From Octopus sinensis (taxonomy: Eukaryota): DNA of 64,000 nt. The notes beneath the pieces were generated by a model that was not told the origin of the DNA, did not search any database, and saw nothing but the letters and a program-made list of their open reading frames with translations. Both the position numbers and the translations under genes were made by a program. Shown piece by piece: positions 14,365 through 28,042 of the stretch. The stretch's first letter is position 1. The number at the start of each line of letters is the position of its first letter. The DNA lies in the NCBI RefSeq assembly GCF_006345805.1, contig NC_042999.1:93124001-93188000 (forward strand), given 5' to 3'.

Positions 14365-14933
14365 AACACGTACACACACAACACACGTAATATATACATA
14401 TAAACACTCAAAGATAAAAAAGAGACAAACTTTGCTTTGATTAATAGGCAATTATGTAGGATGTTTCTCAATGCTTTCAGTGTTAGTAATAATAGAGTGA
14501 TCATAAAGAACCTTCTAGAAAATTTGTATAGAATAAGCAGGAAGTTTGTACTAAATAGCACTTTATTATGGTATCGATTTAAGCTAGGTGTATTTCATTA
14601 GCATTTCCTTGACTCGAGATCTTCTAAAAGTTTCTGGCGTGTATAGAGAACAATATAATCGTAATTAGTTACGAGGCCCACTGCCAAAAAAATTCTGCTT
14701 TCTCCATATCTTCCTTGGACATTATATCCAGTTTGCCTGGGGCAAATTTTATACACTTAATAAATATATAACTCCAACTTTGTTACAATATATGACGAAG
14801 ATCATGAACCTTTCTTTGTATCTAAGACACTATGTGTAGTTATGTGTATATGTTTGAGTTATGGTGTACATCGATTCCTGATGCAGTATTTGTATGTCTA
14901 TCTATCCATCTATCTATCTTTGTGCTTCTATTA

Positions 14934-14981
<48 letters not shown>

Positions 14982-14989
14982 TATATATT

Positions 14990-15190
14990 ATATAGTTGAA
15001 ATTCAAAGAAAAACAAAGGACGAAGACAGGTGTATAAACAACAGGCAGGTGTATTAGTTTGACGCTCTGGAAGGGAAGAGATTCTTTTACGTTTTGAGCC
15101 TACCCTCTTCAACAGAAAGGAACATGAAGAAAGAAATTGAGAGAATAAATAGGGAGAGAATAAATAGGGAGAGAATAAAAGCGAGAGAAT
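14990..15190 (-). mobile_element. Short (TA)n-abutting repeat with degenerate minimal hammerhead (15084-15119)
   Basis: Homologous to 42088-42270; minus strand CTTT-CTGTTGA-AGAGGGTAGGCTC-AAAACGT-A-AAAG. Confidence 0.6.
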
Positions 15191-15239
15191 AAGAAATTTG
15201 TGCAGCTAGAGGTCTGTCATGTATGTATAAATATTCTTT

Positions 15240-15375
15240 TATTCCTGTAGTTGTTTCACTTATGTGACTGTGGCCATGATGGAGCACCAGCTTTTAGTTG
15301 AACAAATCGACCACAGGGCTTATTATTTTAAACCCCAGTGTTTATTCTATTGGTCTTTTTTGCCGAGCCACTATG
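15240..15375 (-). mobile_element. SINE family A, 3' part
   Basis: TGACTG.GGCCATG.TGGAGCACC...AATCGACC...TCTTTTGCCGA motif shared with the 35290, 39015 and 51375 copies. Confidence 0.7.
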
Positions 15376-15559
15376 TGTGTGTCTGACAGAATTACGCAGT
15401 TACAAATGCTTGTTTAACTGATATTATTGCCTAGTGATAGAAAATGAGATACCATAATCTTCTGGAAATGAAATGTATACGTCCAAAAAGATGATTGGTC
15501 AAGGACGGAATGGTTTGTCTAGTTTGTCGTTACTCATCTTGTACAAAAGTTAATTTCTA

Positions 15560-18003
15560 TATTACATTCCAGCTTATCTTCAAGTTGTTGTTTCCAGATA
15601 AACTTCGGGTCGATGGAAAGTTCGAATAGCTGTGGTGTGTTGTAATCTGTGACAAATAACTGAGTTGCAACGATAGAACCGGTTGCTCAGATCTCTTCAC
15701 TACTCAGATCCTCGGTCTCTTTAGTCTAGGGATGGTCACCTCATCGGCATTGAAACACTGTTGCCCACTCATTTTTGGGATGTCATCAATTTCTAACATC
15801 TCCCACACACCCAAGGGGAGCACCAACGCCCTTGTATTTGAGCGGTGCTCCCGTGGCTGTGCACACCACTTCCATCCCCACAGGAAGCTACCATTAGCAC
15901 ATGTTCCTCCACCATTAGTAAGAGGAGAAGCAGGATCTATTCAAGAAGTGGTTGTTTCCATCATCTCTCTTGCGTTGGCACAATACAACGGGCCTCAAAT
16001 GTACTCTCAATGTGGAGATGCAGCAGCTGTCATTGCACCACGCCTGCGCGTCATCGGCCATCCACACACCCTCAGACGAAACTGCATACCCGCGTGACGC
16101 CCAACTTTCGCTAGGCAACATCCCTCGGACCGAGAGCCATTTTAAGATCCCGAAAATGGCCCGGATGCTTGTGCCCTTCCTCCCAATCTCCAATCGATAA
16201 AACCTTAGAATTTGGTCGACACAGCGATCGACTGCTTGGTTCTGCTCTAATCGCTCTTCGTCTCCCCATCACCGTCACCAATCGAGGGGGGCCTAAAGGT
16301 AACGGCCCAAGTCAGGGCCAACATTTTGTCCTTCGAGCGGGCGCCCATAACTAACCTGTCCATATAAGCCTACCCGCAGGCTGATATGTCGTATGGGGCT
16401 CCGTGCATGCTCCCCAACACAGATATGGTCATACCATTTTCAACTGGCGCTCAACAACGACCTATACAGCCCCCTTCTATTCGAACTGGGTATGAACAGC
16501 ATTGCTCGAGGCTTAACGGCTCCTTTCGACTCCAGGTATCTGGACAATGGGACGATAAGTAGACCGGCGGAGAGTGTCTTTCACAATCGGTAGAAAGTGT
16601 CTACCGTTCAGTGGTTCCCGTTTTAGCAAGGATTAGCCATGACATACTCTCGTCGAAGTCGGAGGTTGTGAAATTCAACTACAATGCAAAGGTCTTTGTG
16701 GCCTCCATCTCAGACCGTCATTCCCTATTTCACCAGGTACAGGTGACCTCGAAACGGGACGTTCTTATCTTCGGATCATTGAACCTCCTGTCTGCCATTC
16801 GCTCCACCCGCAGGTCTAAGCTTCAGCAGCTTGAAAGATTGAAAACACTGAACATAATCGAAGACTACCAAGCACTGTTCTTATTAAGGAACTGCTTCAC
16901 CATGCAGAATTTATTGTATACCTTTCGTACAATCCCTGGTTACAGTCACGTGTCTCTCCTTAATGATCTCGACGCCTGCATCTAAAGAGCCGCCGGACAA
17001 ATATGCAACATTCGGTTCGACGACTAAGGATGACAACAGATCGCCTTATCCATCAAATATAGATTTTCAGTCTCCCTGGTCGATGACCTCTTGCCGTGTC
17101 GTCATCAGCTGGGTTTTCCAAAGCACAATTGAACATACTGGCATCCGATTGCGCGAGGTTGCCTACGCGAAATAGAACCAACTCAGTCTGAGCCCTGCTG
17201 ACATCCATTCCCTTCTCCCCTCTGTGGGTTTCCATTTGGGATGCTATCCTTTGTAACATGGTATCGCATGAATTAGTGATTCAAGTTGGCCACCACCGTC
17301 TGGCATGCTTCCGCTCAGCGTCGATGCTTCACAGCTGAGCCTGGCCCAATGTAGTGCCGCCGCTCGCGATTGATGCTTAGCATGAGATCGACTGTTTGCG
17401 CATTCGCGTTTCCTCGAGGCTTGGACTAAAATATGTGAGAATAATGAATGCCGTTGCGCATCCACTAGGGATTCTCTCAGCATACACTCATTTTGAAAGG
17501 CCATTATAGTGCTGGTCATCTTCTACGCCATGTCGTCCGTAATCTTAAAGCATGACCTAGATTCTACAGCTTACCATTCCAGCTCGAGCCAGCGAGGCTA
17601 GACCGAGGAGACGGTAAAAGGCCTGATAGTATGACAATTCCCCCTTTCGTAGCGACAGGCTCCTCAACTGCGATGCCACATAATCTAACACTTTCTCCAG
17701 CGGCAACTTGGTGTGTTCTTCCACCAGCCCACGCCCCGCTGCTCGTCAGGTTCCGAAAAGTAATCTATCAAAGTATCGGTTACTCTTTGAGAAGTTTATG
17801 TCAAAGCCTGTGGCTATGGAGACCTCCGACGTTCTCGGCCCTCGGACCATATCACTGCTCACCGCTATCAGATTAGAGCTAGTTATCCGCAGAGTGTCTG
17901 TTCCAGCGCATCTCTCTCGCCATCCTGCAGAGTAACGCATTTTCCATTTTGCCTCGAGGGAACATCAAGTGGTCTGAATAACAAAAACAAAAACAAAAAA
18001 AAA
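15560..18003 (+). mobile_element. CRE-clade non-LTR retrotransposon (RT + restriction-like endonuclease), decayed
   Basis: GAQQ..QPLLFELG and YLDNG RT motifs (16440-16560), CFTMQNLLYTFR thumb-like region, C-terminal RGDGKRPD REL motif (~17600), PVAMET and ..AILQSNA..I terminal motif, A-rich tail at 17980-18003; 5' end approximate. Confidence 0.8.
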
Positions 18004-20479
18004 CCCAGAGAATGTAAGAATTTTATAGCTTACTACATGGGCCGTGTATTGTGATGTTGGCAGTAGAGTTGGTGTGAGTTGTCAAAGTGATGATTGTATA
18101 AAGATTCACAGTTACAGTTCTTACTTTGAATCCATAAGAATTAATGTATGTCTTATCAACGGAAATTTAATTGTGGTAGCGTTGGTTAATATCAATAAGA
18201 ATGTGTGGGATTGAAGTGCAGGAACACAAGTCATACTTTAATATCAGATCTGAAATCATTGGGTCACGTTGATGGAAAAATGGCTTTGTACAAATTTTTA
18301 TTAATGAAGTTGTCTAGAAAAGGGAAGGGGTTTTTATAGCTAATCAAACTGAATCATATAGGTTGGTGACTGTTTCTGATTATGTTAAAGATTTCATCTT
18401 ACTTTGTTCAATGTTATAGGAAATTAAATTGTCAACTTTTCTTCGCTTACTTCTCTGATACATTAAATAAATTCATCATAATAGTTAATTCAGTCAGGCT
18501 TCAAGCAGTGATATTAAAGCATCGCACAATTTAGAATGACACTAAAATGCAAGGACAAGTATTGATCTTGATCATATGTTTTAAAATTTTTACCGTAAAA
18601 AGCCTTAAGCAAAAGTAAATAGATACGTATTTCAGCTAGGGTCTTCAACTACATGCAAATTTGAAGAGGATTAAAATCTTCCATTAATACATCGAAAGTT
18701 TGATAATGGGATTTGGCTAATAAATACAATTCACTAATAAAATTTACGATAATCTTATTTCATGGAATGGCAGGCTTCTTCATTACTGTTATCTCGTACA
18801 TGTGCAAACAGGAACACCAAGATAAAACGAAATAAAACAGAAATGAGAGATATCCTTATTCCAATGGAACATCAAGTAACAAAATACTGTTACACTCAAT
18901 GATACATAAGCGGAAATGTATATCTTCAATTAATTTATGCAACTACATTAATGAATAACATGTAGTTTGTGAGAGCAACATAAATCTGATGTAACTAAAC
19001 CATGTTTCTGTTAATTTGAGTACGTACATTTACATTAGCAACATTTCCCATGTTTTTACGATGAGCTATCACCCTGCATGTATGTTTTTATTTTGACACC
19101 ATTTCCTTTTACATTTGTGGTGTAAAACATATCCAATCCGTACTTATTCACGGACCGCATAATTTTTTGCAGCTACTACTGCTAGAAATGATACGGTGTT
19201 ACATCCTCAGATGGCCAACTGACATTTGACAGTTACTGTGAATCCATTTCGACGACTCTACATTCACGTAGACACTGGGGCTACTCACTAACGTTTTTAC
19301 CAGTGAAACAAACGGTTTATACGATATGAACAACAATTTCCATGACATCAGATGTGTTCTATATATCTGTTTGATTTCCTAGTAAAAGGAATTGTTTTCT
19401 TATCTAGAATTGCGAAATGCATTTTTAAATAGATATATACACAATTTGCTTCAATCTGGGCTTATATTTCCAAGCAGTCAGTAGCGACTCTGCCTGTCGC
19501 ACTAATATTGTAAATATTATTATATCAGTATCTGATAAATGGGCAAGTTATTTGTTATAAAGCATTGAGCAGTCATATGTGGGGACATTTTTTCGGAACA
19601 GCTGTTACTGGATATGACTGCGTGTTCCTTCTATAATTCGGGAAATGGTTATAAGAAGAAACACTGAACGAATTTTGTCTGTGTTGCTAAAATTACTATA
19701 GCTTGTTTTTAATAAAAAAAGAATATTAAAACAATGTTCTCATTAATTTTGGTTCAATGTACATTATTTCAGTATTAACGCTTGATTGTTCAACTTTTGT
19801 TGAAAGAGCTAATAATTACGAAGTGAAGTATTGTATAGTTTCAAAAGAGTGTTGTAGAGGAAGGTAGAGGCGAAATGTGTGCAACAGGATGTAAGAAGGG
19901 ATATTACACTCTGCGATATTTTGTACGTTACAAAGAGATGCTCTGCATGAAATTGTCTAATATATCAATGACTAGTTGGGTCCAGAATTTTAGCAAGAAA
20001 TTTGAGAAGTGAATTCATGTTACCAGACATTTCCAGCAAGTATTTACACAAAAGTCTGAGGATGTACGTTATATTATATGTACGCTTCAAATGAACATAT
20101 GTAGCATGTTGGGGCATTTATCTAAAAGATTTGATGCATTGTATTTTTAAAATACACATTCATATACCAACAAACGCAATAACAGACACGCTTACTGGTA
20201 CACACATAGGTATATATACACTCCTATATGCATGTATGCACACTACATTTCCAACTTCTTTGCTGACATATTAAGCGGATGTCAATTTCTCAAATGAATA
20301 ACCGGAACACATTATGGCCTTCAATTTGATAAATAACATTCGATTAAATTGTTTACGTCGAACCGTATTAGTCTTCAACTTTTATTATTGGTTGTTCAGT
20401 AGATGTTACTAGCTAAGTTGCTATTTTTATCACTAAATTTAATTTCAGCAAAAATTGTGTTGATCGATATGTATATATA

Positions 20480-20539
<60 letters not shown>

Positions 20540-21674
20540 TTATATATGTACTGTTCCGGCTCATAATGGTTTCAAAATATTAAGTTTTTTTCTTTCCATC
20601 AATACGTTGATTAATCAAGTAATATTTTGGTTTCAGTGGGTCAGCAACAATTTGTATCGATTTGGCTTCGGACGAAAATAGTTTCTTCTGGTTAATAATA
20701 TGTGCAGTAAACATTGGTTGTCTTTGCTGAGGCATAACATAGCAAAATTTTCCCTAGCATAACATTGAAATCAACAATATATTTTAGATGCACTCATTTC
20801 AAAATACAATATCTTCAAACATCATTTAAGCCTCTTATATCCTACGTGTCTATAGCTGTTAATCCTGATAGTTTGGAAACTTTTTCAGCCACAGAGAATA
20901 TAAATCAGTTATATTATTAAAGCCAGTCACAAAATAGTAAATGTAAAAGTTTGTAAAAAAGAATAGATTTTGTGGACAATACTAACTGATAACGTTGCTC
21001 TTACAATATATGCATTACAATATATACAAGCAATTTAAATACGGTTTGCAGTGAATTCTTTTTGCGTGTCATTAGTATCCTTTCAGAAACTCTAAAATAT
21101 CACATAAACTTAATTACCGTCTCTTATCAACAAATTTCAAATTCATATTTGCCTTTGCAACACATATGCCTATTGCAGTTATAGTTGTTTGTTATGTTTT
21201 CAAATTTAACTGATGATCAGCAGGGCAATGGAAAGAAAGTTTGAGCGCGTAATATTTTGTTCAGCGACTATGCTGTCTTCCATTTGTAGGCGGTGTCGTG
21301 AGTTTTGACGGAATTTTTTTTTTCCACTTCTAATATTTCATTTCACTACTAAGATGCACTGTCATTTGCTACTAACATTTATAGTTTAAAGTTTATAGAG
21401 CTGTCCGGTTATGTTTCTGATAGTGATGAGGACGATATGACATATGACAATAATGACGAAGGTGGTAAAGATAAGGATGGTGATGAAGATGAGGATATTC
21501 ATTAATATGGTGATAAGGATTAATTGTAATATACAACTACCTAATAAATTTCTTTGCTAGACTTGCAAAAAATAACAGCAAGTATATAACATTTAGAGAA
21601 AATATGTTATGAATAGGTTACCTTTCTTTTTCTTACTGTTTTCCCCTCCCTCTTACACACACACACACACATAT

Positions 21675-22050
21675 ATATTGTTGTATTTCGGGTTGGTCAT
21701 GTTGCCAGTTTAGCCAATAAAAACACACACACTATATATTTGGTGTTAATTTGCTACAGCTTTATTTTTTAACATTAATCGTATTCCGGCCAGAGTTCTT
21801 CCGTCACACATCTGTGACCTCATCAGTGGTCCTTTGCCTGGCTGATCGTTAGTTAGGAAGGCACAAGAATACGAAAGAATAAAGCAAAGGACCACTGATG
21901 AGGTCACAGAAGTGTGACGGAAGAACTCTGGCCGAAATGCGATTAAAGTAAAAAATAAAATAAAACTGAAGCAAATTAACACCAAATATATAGTGCATGT
22001 GTTTCTATTGGCTAAAATGGCATCATGACCATCCCCAAATACAACAATAT
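21675..22050. mobile_element. Palindromic element, ~165 bp inverted arms with 46 bp spacer
   Basis: 21675-21837 is the reverse complement of 21884-22050 (some mismatches); each arm carries a CTGATGA-GGTCACA..TGTGAC hammerhead-like core; the terminus recurs at 27471-27514 next to (TA)n. Confidence 0.8.
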
Positions 22051-22114
22051 CTGTTTCAACATACGATTTCACATCAAGAATCTTGCAAAACGAATATATA
22101 AACGTATATATACA

Positions 22115-22181
<67 letters not shown>

Positions 22182-22189
22182 CACAAATT

Positions 22190-22380
22190 CCAAATATGAA
22201 CAAGCAAGAAAAAACAACGCGAGGACGTGGAATAAGTACAGTGTTATTGGACGATCAGGGAAGGAAAGAAAAAAAAGAGCATTTCACATTTCGAGCGGAG
22301 ACCTTCATCAGAAATATAGAAAAAGTCCAAAGAAGGGAAGACGGAGAAAGAAAATCGCCAACGATACACACGCGGTCATA
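22190..22380 (-). mobile_element. Short (TA)n-embedded repeat with degenerate minimal hammerhead (22281-22315)
   Basis: Homologous to 54815-54990; minus strand ATTT-CTGATGA-AGGTCTCCGCTC-GAAATGT-G-AAAT. Confidence 0.6.
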
Positions 22381-22387
22381 TATATAT

Positions 22388-22482
<95 letters not shown>

Positions 22483-22725
22483 TAATTAACAATTGAGGAT
22501 AAAATATTTAAAAGAAATTATCAGTAGTCAGCCTGAAAAACCTCGTAAGAGAAAAAATCCGTAAATTCTTCCTCTTTGAAAATATTCATTTATATTATAT
22601 TGAGGGTACTACTATTCGTAGATACCAACACGCTAAGAGGGACCAATGCGGTCAAAACTACTAAAAATAAACAAAATTTTACCGAATGCAAAACTTCAAA
22701 ACACATCATTTTAAAAAAGAATTCA

Positions 22726-22771
22726 GTTACATATCACATGTGATTTCGCATTTCATGTTCGTCAGTGCAAC
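22726..22771 (-). ncRNA. Minimal type I hammerhead ribozyme motif
   Basis: GTTGCA-CTGACGA-ACATGAAATGC-GAAA-TCACATGTGA-T-A-TGTAAC: 6 bp helix I, palindromic helix III ATCACATGTGAT, AUA triplet. Confidence 0.78.
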
Positions 22772-23406
22772 AAACTCAAGAAATATAAGAAAAAACATAA
22801 CATTACAAACTCGATAGCCAACCATAGAATTCGTCGTAGCTAGTACGAATGTTTATCCTTACATATCTATGAAAATGGCGGGCTTTTTCGCAATGCATTT
22901 CGGTAACCAATTGCCTAGTCGGAATAAAAATTCAGTATTGAACTATTCCGGTGAAAAATATAAATTAACAATTGAGGATAAAATCTTTAAAAGAAATTAT
23001 CAGTTGTCAGCGTGAAAAACCTCGTAAGAGAAAAAATCCGTAAATTCTTCCTCTTTGAAAATATTCATTTATATTATATTGAGGGTACTACTATTCGTAG
23101 ATACCAACACGCTAAGAGGGACCAATGCGGTCAAAACTACTAAAAATAAACAAAATTTTACCGAATGCAAAACTACTGATAATTTCTTTTAAAGATTTTA
23201 TCCTCAATTGTTAATTTATATTTTTCACCGGAATAGTTCAATACTGAATTTTTATTCCGACTAGGCAATTTATTACCGAAATGCATTGCGAAAAAGCCCG
23301 CCATTTTCATAGATATGTAAGGATAAACATTCGTACAAGCTACGACGAATTCTACGGTTGGCTATCGAGCTTGTAATGTTATGTTTTTTTTATATTACTT
23401 GAGTTT

Positions 23407-23452
23407 GTTGCACTGACGAACATGAAATGCGAAATCACATGTGATATGTAAC
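23407..23452 (+). ncRNA. Minimal type I hammerhead ribozyme motif (inverted copy)
   Basis: Same sequence as 22726-22771 on the plus strand. Confidence 0.78.
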
Positions 23453-23577
23453 TGAATTCTTTTTTAAAATGATGTGTTTTGAAGTTTTGCATTCGGTAAA
23501 ATTTTGTTTATTTTTAGTAGTTTTGACCGCATTGGTCCCTCTTAGCGTGTTGGTATCTACGAATAGTAGTACCCTCA

Positions 23578-23645
<68 letters not shown>

Positions 23646-23928
23646 TACGCGTGTGTATGTGTGCGTCTGTGTGTCTGTATGTTTGTGTGATTTTCTTGAA
23701 TGGGTGGTTATTAATCTCATCGACAGAAAGAAGTTAGATACATTAGGATACAAAGATCCCCCAGCCAGGAGATTTCACAGACCCGCTCATATGGACTAGA
23801 TTCACTGATAATTCAATATATCTTGTTTTAGTTCCAGTCATTAGATAAACTGGTCTATTGCGATGAGGCACCGTCTTGATGTGAGTTTAATGGAACAATT
23901 CGATCAGTGTGCGCATATATATATATAT

Positions 23929-23970
<42 letters not shown>

Positions 23971-24187
23971 TGAGTAAGAGTGAGAGAGAGACAAACAACT
24001 TGTTTAAAATCTCTGAGTGAAAGATATACGGTAACAGTACCAAATAGTACTATAAAGGATGACGTTACTGTTGTTATAGCCCAAGAAAACATTTTTTCCA
24101 GCTGACTATCGACATACAGTTTGTGTCCGTAATGCATTCGCAATGGAGGTCATCGCTCTCATTTCTAGCGTTACATGATACTATATA

Positions 24188-24565
24188 TCTTTATATATAA
24201 AATTAAGGTTGTATGTCTGTCTCCTACGATTTAGATTCTTAACTATTCCCACATTTTGCGGTGCAGTTTAACCAAACCGGGTATCTTATATCGAGCCCTT
24301 CTGGGTATTAGCGCGCGTTTACGATGAGTCTACGATTTTAAAAATAATTTTCTATCATTTTTTCCATTTATTGCATTTTTTCGCTATTACATAAGGGAAG
24401 TAACTCTCTAAAAATGTCTACGATGAGTCAACGATTTAAAAAAAATTACCACCATTTTTTTTCCATTTTTAATGCATTTTTTGCTATTTTTTGGCTATAA
24501 CTCTCTAAAAATGCTTTATAGTTATTTCCCTTACAAACCCAAGCAACGCTGGGCGATACTGCTAG
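24188..24565 (+). mobile_element. Non-autonomous Helitron (~380 bp)
   Basis: 5' TC, 5' region homologous to 626-841, 3' hairpin CCCAAGCAACGCTGGG then CTAG (24562-24565) followed by (TA)n. Confidence 0.88.
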
Positions 24566-24586
24566 TATATATATATATATATATAT

Positions 24587-24669
<83 letters not shown>

Positions 24670-25764
24670 TTCTGTGTGTGTCTGCATGTGTACGTGCGTG
24701 TATTTGTCTGTGTGCGCGAAAGTATGTATGTGTATATGTCTGTCCAGAAACACCCAACACACTCCTGGATTCGGTGACGGTCCGGACGATAAATGCAAAC
24801 GCATTAATAGTTTAATCAATCTTGATATATTCACTTACAATGCTAGATGTTTAAGGTACATAATCAACGATTTCGTGGAGACAACTGAGTATTATAATTT
24901 GTTTAATACCAATAAGCTAAAGGTCAGCTGCACATGGTTTTCATAAAATTGCTTCTTATATTGTAGGCTATATCAGATTTAATCACGCACCTCACACATC
25001 AAATACCATCACACATTTTATCTCTACAAGAGCTATAGGTACACTAACTGCCTACTGGAGCATTCCTACCTCTCGAAGACTGTTGTCTATAGAACTAAGC
25101 TCACATTATTTAAATCATATTATGTCCTTCTAAATTTCCATAACAGCCAATGATTTGAAGGTGAACTTTACACAAAGGCAAAGCAGTTCCATATTCCAGT
25201 TCATCTGAATGTACTCGGAGCACTGGAGTAATTGCCAGCTTGGCCTCTGTATGAAATTGAATATAAGTAAACTGGATTATTCATAAACAGGAAAATATTG
25301 TTGCTACCAAAGTGCTAAGCGAATGCATACACGCATGCACGCGCACACACACACATGCACACACACATACACACACGCAAATATATATATATAAACAAAA
25401 ACTATTCCTGTGAATTACCATTTATGTTTGGTTAACTGCTTGATAGAAATCCGTGATATGCAGCAGGAGCACTATTAAATTAAAGTATCCATCACTAATG
25501 CGACGCCGTTCGTTTCACTCCGTGCTAAAGAAGCGAATCGGATATTCCTGACACCTGTGATTATTTAGTTGCTGATTTTCTACGTACCAGTGGTCCCCAA
25601 ATACGGCCAGATACGCAGGGTATGAGTACACTCACTTGAAAATGCCCAAAGAAACAAAAAGAGCACTGGCGTTTTAAACACAGCACATCCAAAAGAGGTT
25701 AATGATAAAAGAAATAGCGCAGTAAATTTACTTGTCACGAACTATTGAAATTAACTATACATAA

Positions 25765-25809
<45 letters not shown>

Positions 25810-25812
<3 letters not shown>

Positions 25813-26278
25813 GTAGGTCCCGGGTTGATTCGGGGTTAACCACAGTAAGTAAGGTACTCAATACATAGCAGAGTAAAATTAATTTATTATATAGAAGGAG
25901 CTTCTACAGGACTAGAACTGTTTCATTCAAGAGAAATCTTCAGGAAGCTAGTTAACAAGAATTGTATTGGCATTTATACATTTAGGCAGGTTTATAGGGG
26001 TGGTGGTGGGGGACTTTTTGGGGGTAGGCATAGCGCAAAATATCATACTATGCGTATGTGTATGTATTTGTATGTGTATGCATGCGCGTATATATATGTA
26101 TGTATATGTATACGTGTGGGTGTGTGTATGTGTATAAATGTATGTATGTATGGATGTATGGATGTATGTATGTATGTATACGTATGTATGTGTATGTGTG
26201 TATATGTATGTGTATGTGTGTATATATATGTACATATATGTGTGTGTATATATATGTATATATATATATGTATATATA

Positions 26279-26319
<41 letters not shown>

Positions 26320-26721
26320 TTGTATGTAGGTGTATATGTATGTGTGTGTATTTATATTTATTGGTGTATATGTATAGACTAGCCTTCTAAGAGTGTAGAC
26401 ATGAATCTGTAGGTACGCGTACGTATGTGTATATACGTGAATGTATGTAGATGAATGTATGTATGAATATAACGCGTGCGTGCGTGTATGTGTATGAGTG
26501 TACGAATGAGTGAGTGTACGTGCTAAAGAGTGTGCGTGAGTGAATGAGTGCTTGTTTTCAAGTAGACAGATAAATGGAATGGCTGTCATAGCCAAGATGT
26601 TTGTGACCAGCGGTCAAAGATAACAAAAGTAATAAATGGAGATAATAAAATTAAAATTAGGGAATGGGTCTGTATTTGTATGTATATATATGTGTGTATG
26701 TGTAGGTATGTATAGGTACAC

Positions 26722-26767
<46 letters not shown>

Positions 26768-27385
26768 TCTATATATGTATGTTATGTATATATGTGTATG
26801 TATGTGAGTATGTGTATATATGTGTATATAGGGACTAGTGTGCTGTGTGTGCATATGTGTGTGGTGGGATATGTGTGTGTATATATACATGTGTGTTTAC
26901 GTGTATGCATGTGAGTGTGTGTATGTATACATATATATGTGTATGTGTAGATATGTATATGTATGTGTAAGTGTATATATATGTATATGTGTGTGTGTGT
27001 ATGTATGTGTGTAAGTATATGTATATATGTTTGTATGTGTGTGTATATATGTATACATATGTGCATAGGTATAAGTGAGAATCTCCTTATTTACCTAAAA
27101 CTCTACTCTTTTTTATATATATTTTTTTATTTTTTTTATTTATATATATATATTTTTTAATTTTATTTTTTTATTTATTCTTTTATCTAATTTAACACTG
27201 ACTCCTTGACCACTCCCCCAAGTATGATATTTTGCGCTATGCCTACCCCCAAAATGTCCCCCACCACCACCCCTATAAACCTGCCTAAATGTATAAATGC
27301 CAATACAATTCTTGTTAACTAGCTTCCTGAAGATTTCTCTTGAATAAAACAGTTCTAGTCCTGTAGAAGCTCCTTCTATATAATA
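25810..27385. mobile_element. Element with 165 bp inverted repeats enclosing compound microsatellites
   Basis: 25885-26049 is the reverse complement of 27221-27385; both outer ends abut (TA)n; imperfect CTGAAGA...GAAAC motif in the arms. Confidence 0.7.
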
Positions 27386-27390
27386 TATAA

Positions 27391-27445
<55 letters not shown>

Positions 27446-27536
27446 ACGTTTAAATATTTGTTGTGCAAGATTTTATTGGCTAAACTGGCAATATGACCAT
27501 TCCGAAATATAACATATATATATATATAATATATAT

Positions 27537-27588
<52 letters not shown>

Positions 27589-27619
27589 CATATGTTTTAA
27601 TTATTAATATATATATATT

Positions 27620-27984
27620 ATATATATAAACGGCAGTTTGTCTGTGCGTTTTCTGTGTGTCTGTTTTCTCGTACCCTCACTCTGACCACGGCTTTTAACC
27701 GATTCTGATGAAACTTGATACACACATAGCCCAATGTCATAATTCAAAACTAACGCAGCGAAAATTTTGAAAAGTTCCCCCAGTTCTGAAAAAATCGATA
27801 AATTCGACATGGGGTCGAGAATCAGAAACCCAAACCACAGACCATCTAGGGGATGCAACTCCACCTTTTTTAACTCTCAAAAAAATTTACCATCATTTTT
27901 TTTCCATTTTTTTGCTATAACTCTCTAAAAATGCTTTATAGTTATTTCCCTTACAAACCTGAGCAACGCCGGCGATACTGCTAG
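27620..27984 (+). mobile_element. Non-autonomous Helitron, different 5' body with shared 3' end
   Basis: 3' ~100 bp (CTATAACTCTCTAAAAATGC...GAGCAACGCCGGCGATACTGCTAG) shared with the 24188 copy; CTAG at 27981-27984; 5' end approximate. Confidence 0.82.

Positions 27985-28042
<58 letters not shown>

Larger units (their letters stand above)
14400..18880 (-). pseudogene. Second putative decayed TLR-like gene, split by the CRE element
   Basis: Hydrophobic leader ISLISVLFRFILVFLFA (~18850), LRR-like fragments (18200-18500), NCNCESL (~18110), then beyond the insertion a TM-like IFVIYCNKVGVIYLLSV (~14780) and NYDYIVLY..KLLEDLE / VLFSTNFL TIR-like peptides (14540-14680); many stops. Confidence 0.3.
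22481..23587. mobile_element. Penelope-like/retrozyme-like element: 479 bp unit + partial repeat + ~410 bp inverted copy, between (TA)n tracts
   Basis: 22490 region repeated at 22969 (offset 479) up to 23174; 23175-23587 is the reverse complement of ~22592-23004; hammerhead in the unit and in the inverted copy. Confidence 0.8.

Noticed and set aside
19870-20010. CATGCKKGYY peptide resembling an EGF-like repeat
   Set aside because: Isolated, no continuation of the cysteine pattern and no convincing splice sites
24820-25300. IFTYNARCLR peptide resembling an APE endonuclease N-terminus
   Set aside because: Only one motif is recognisable; too weak to call a LINE fragment
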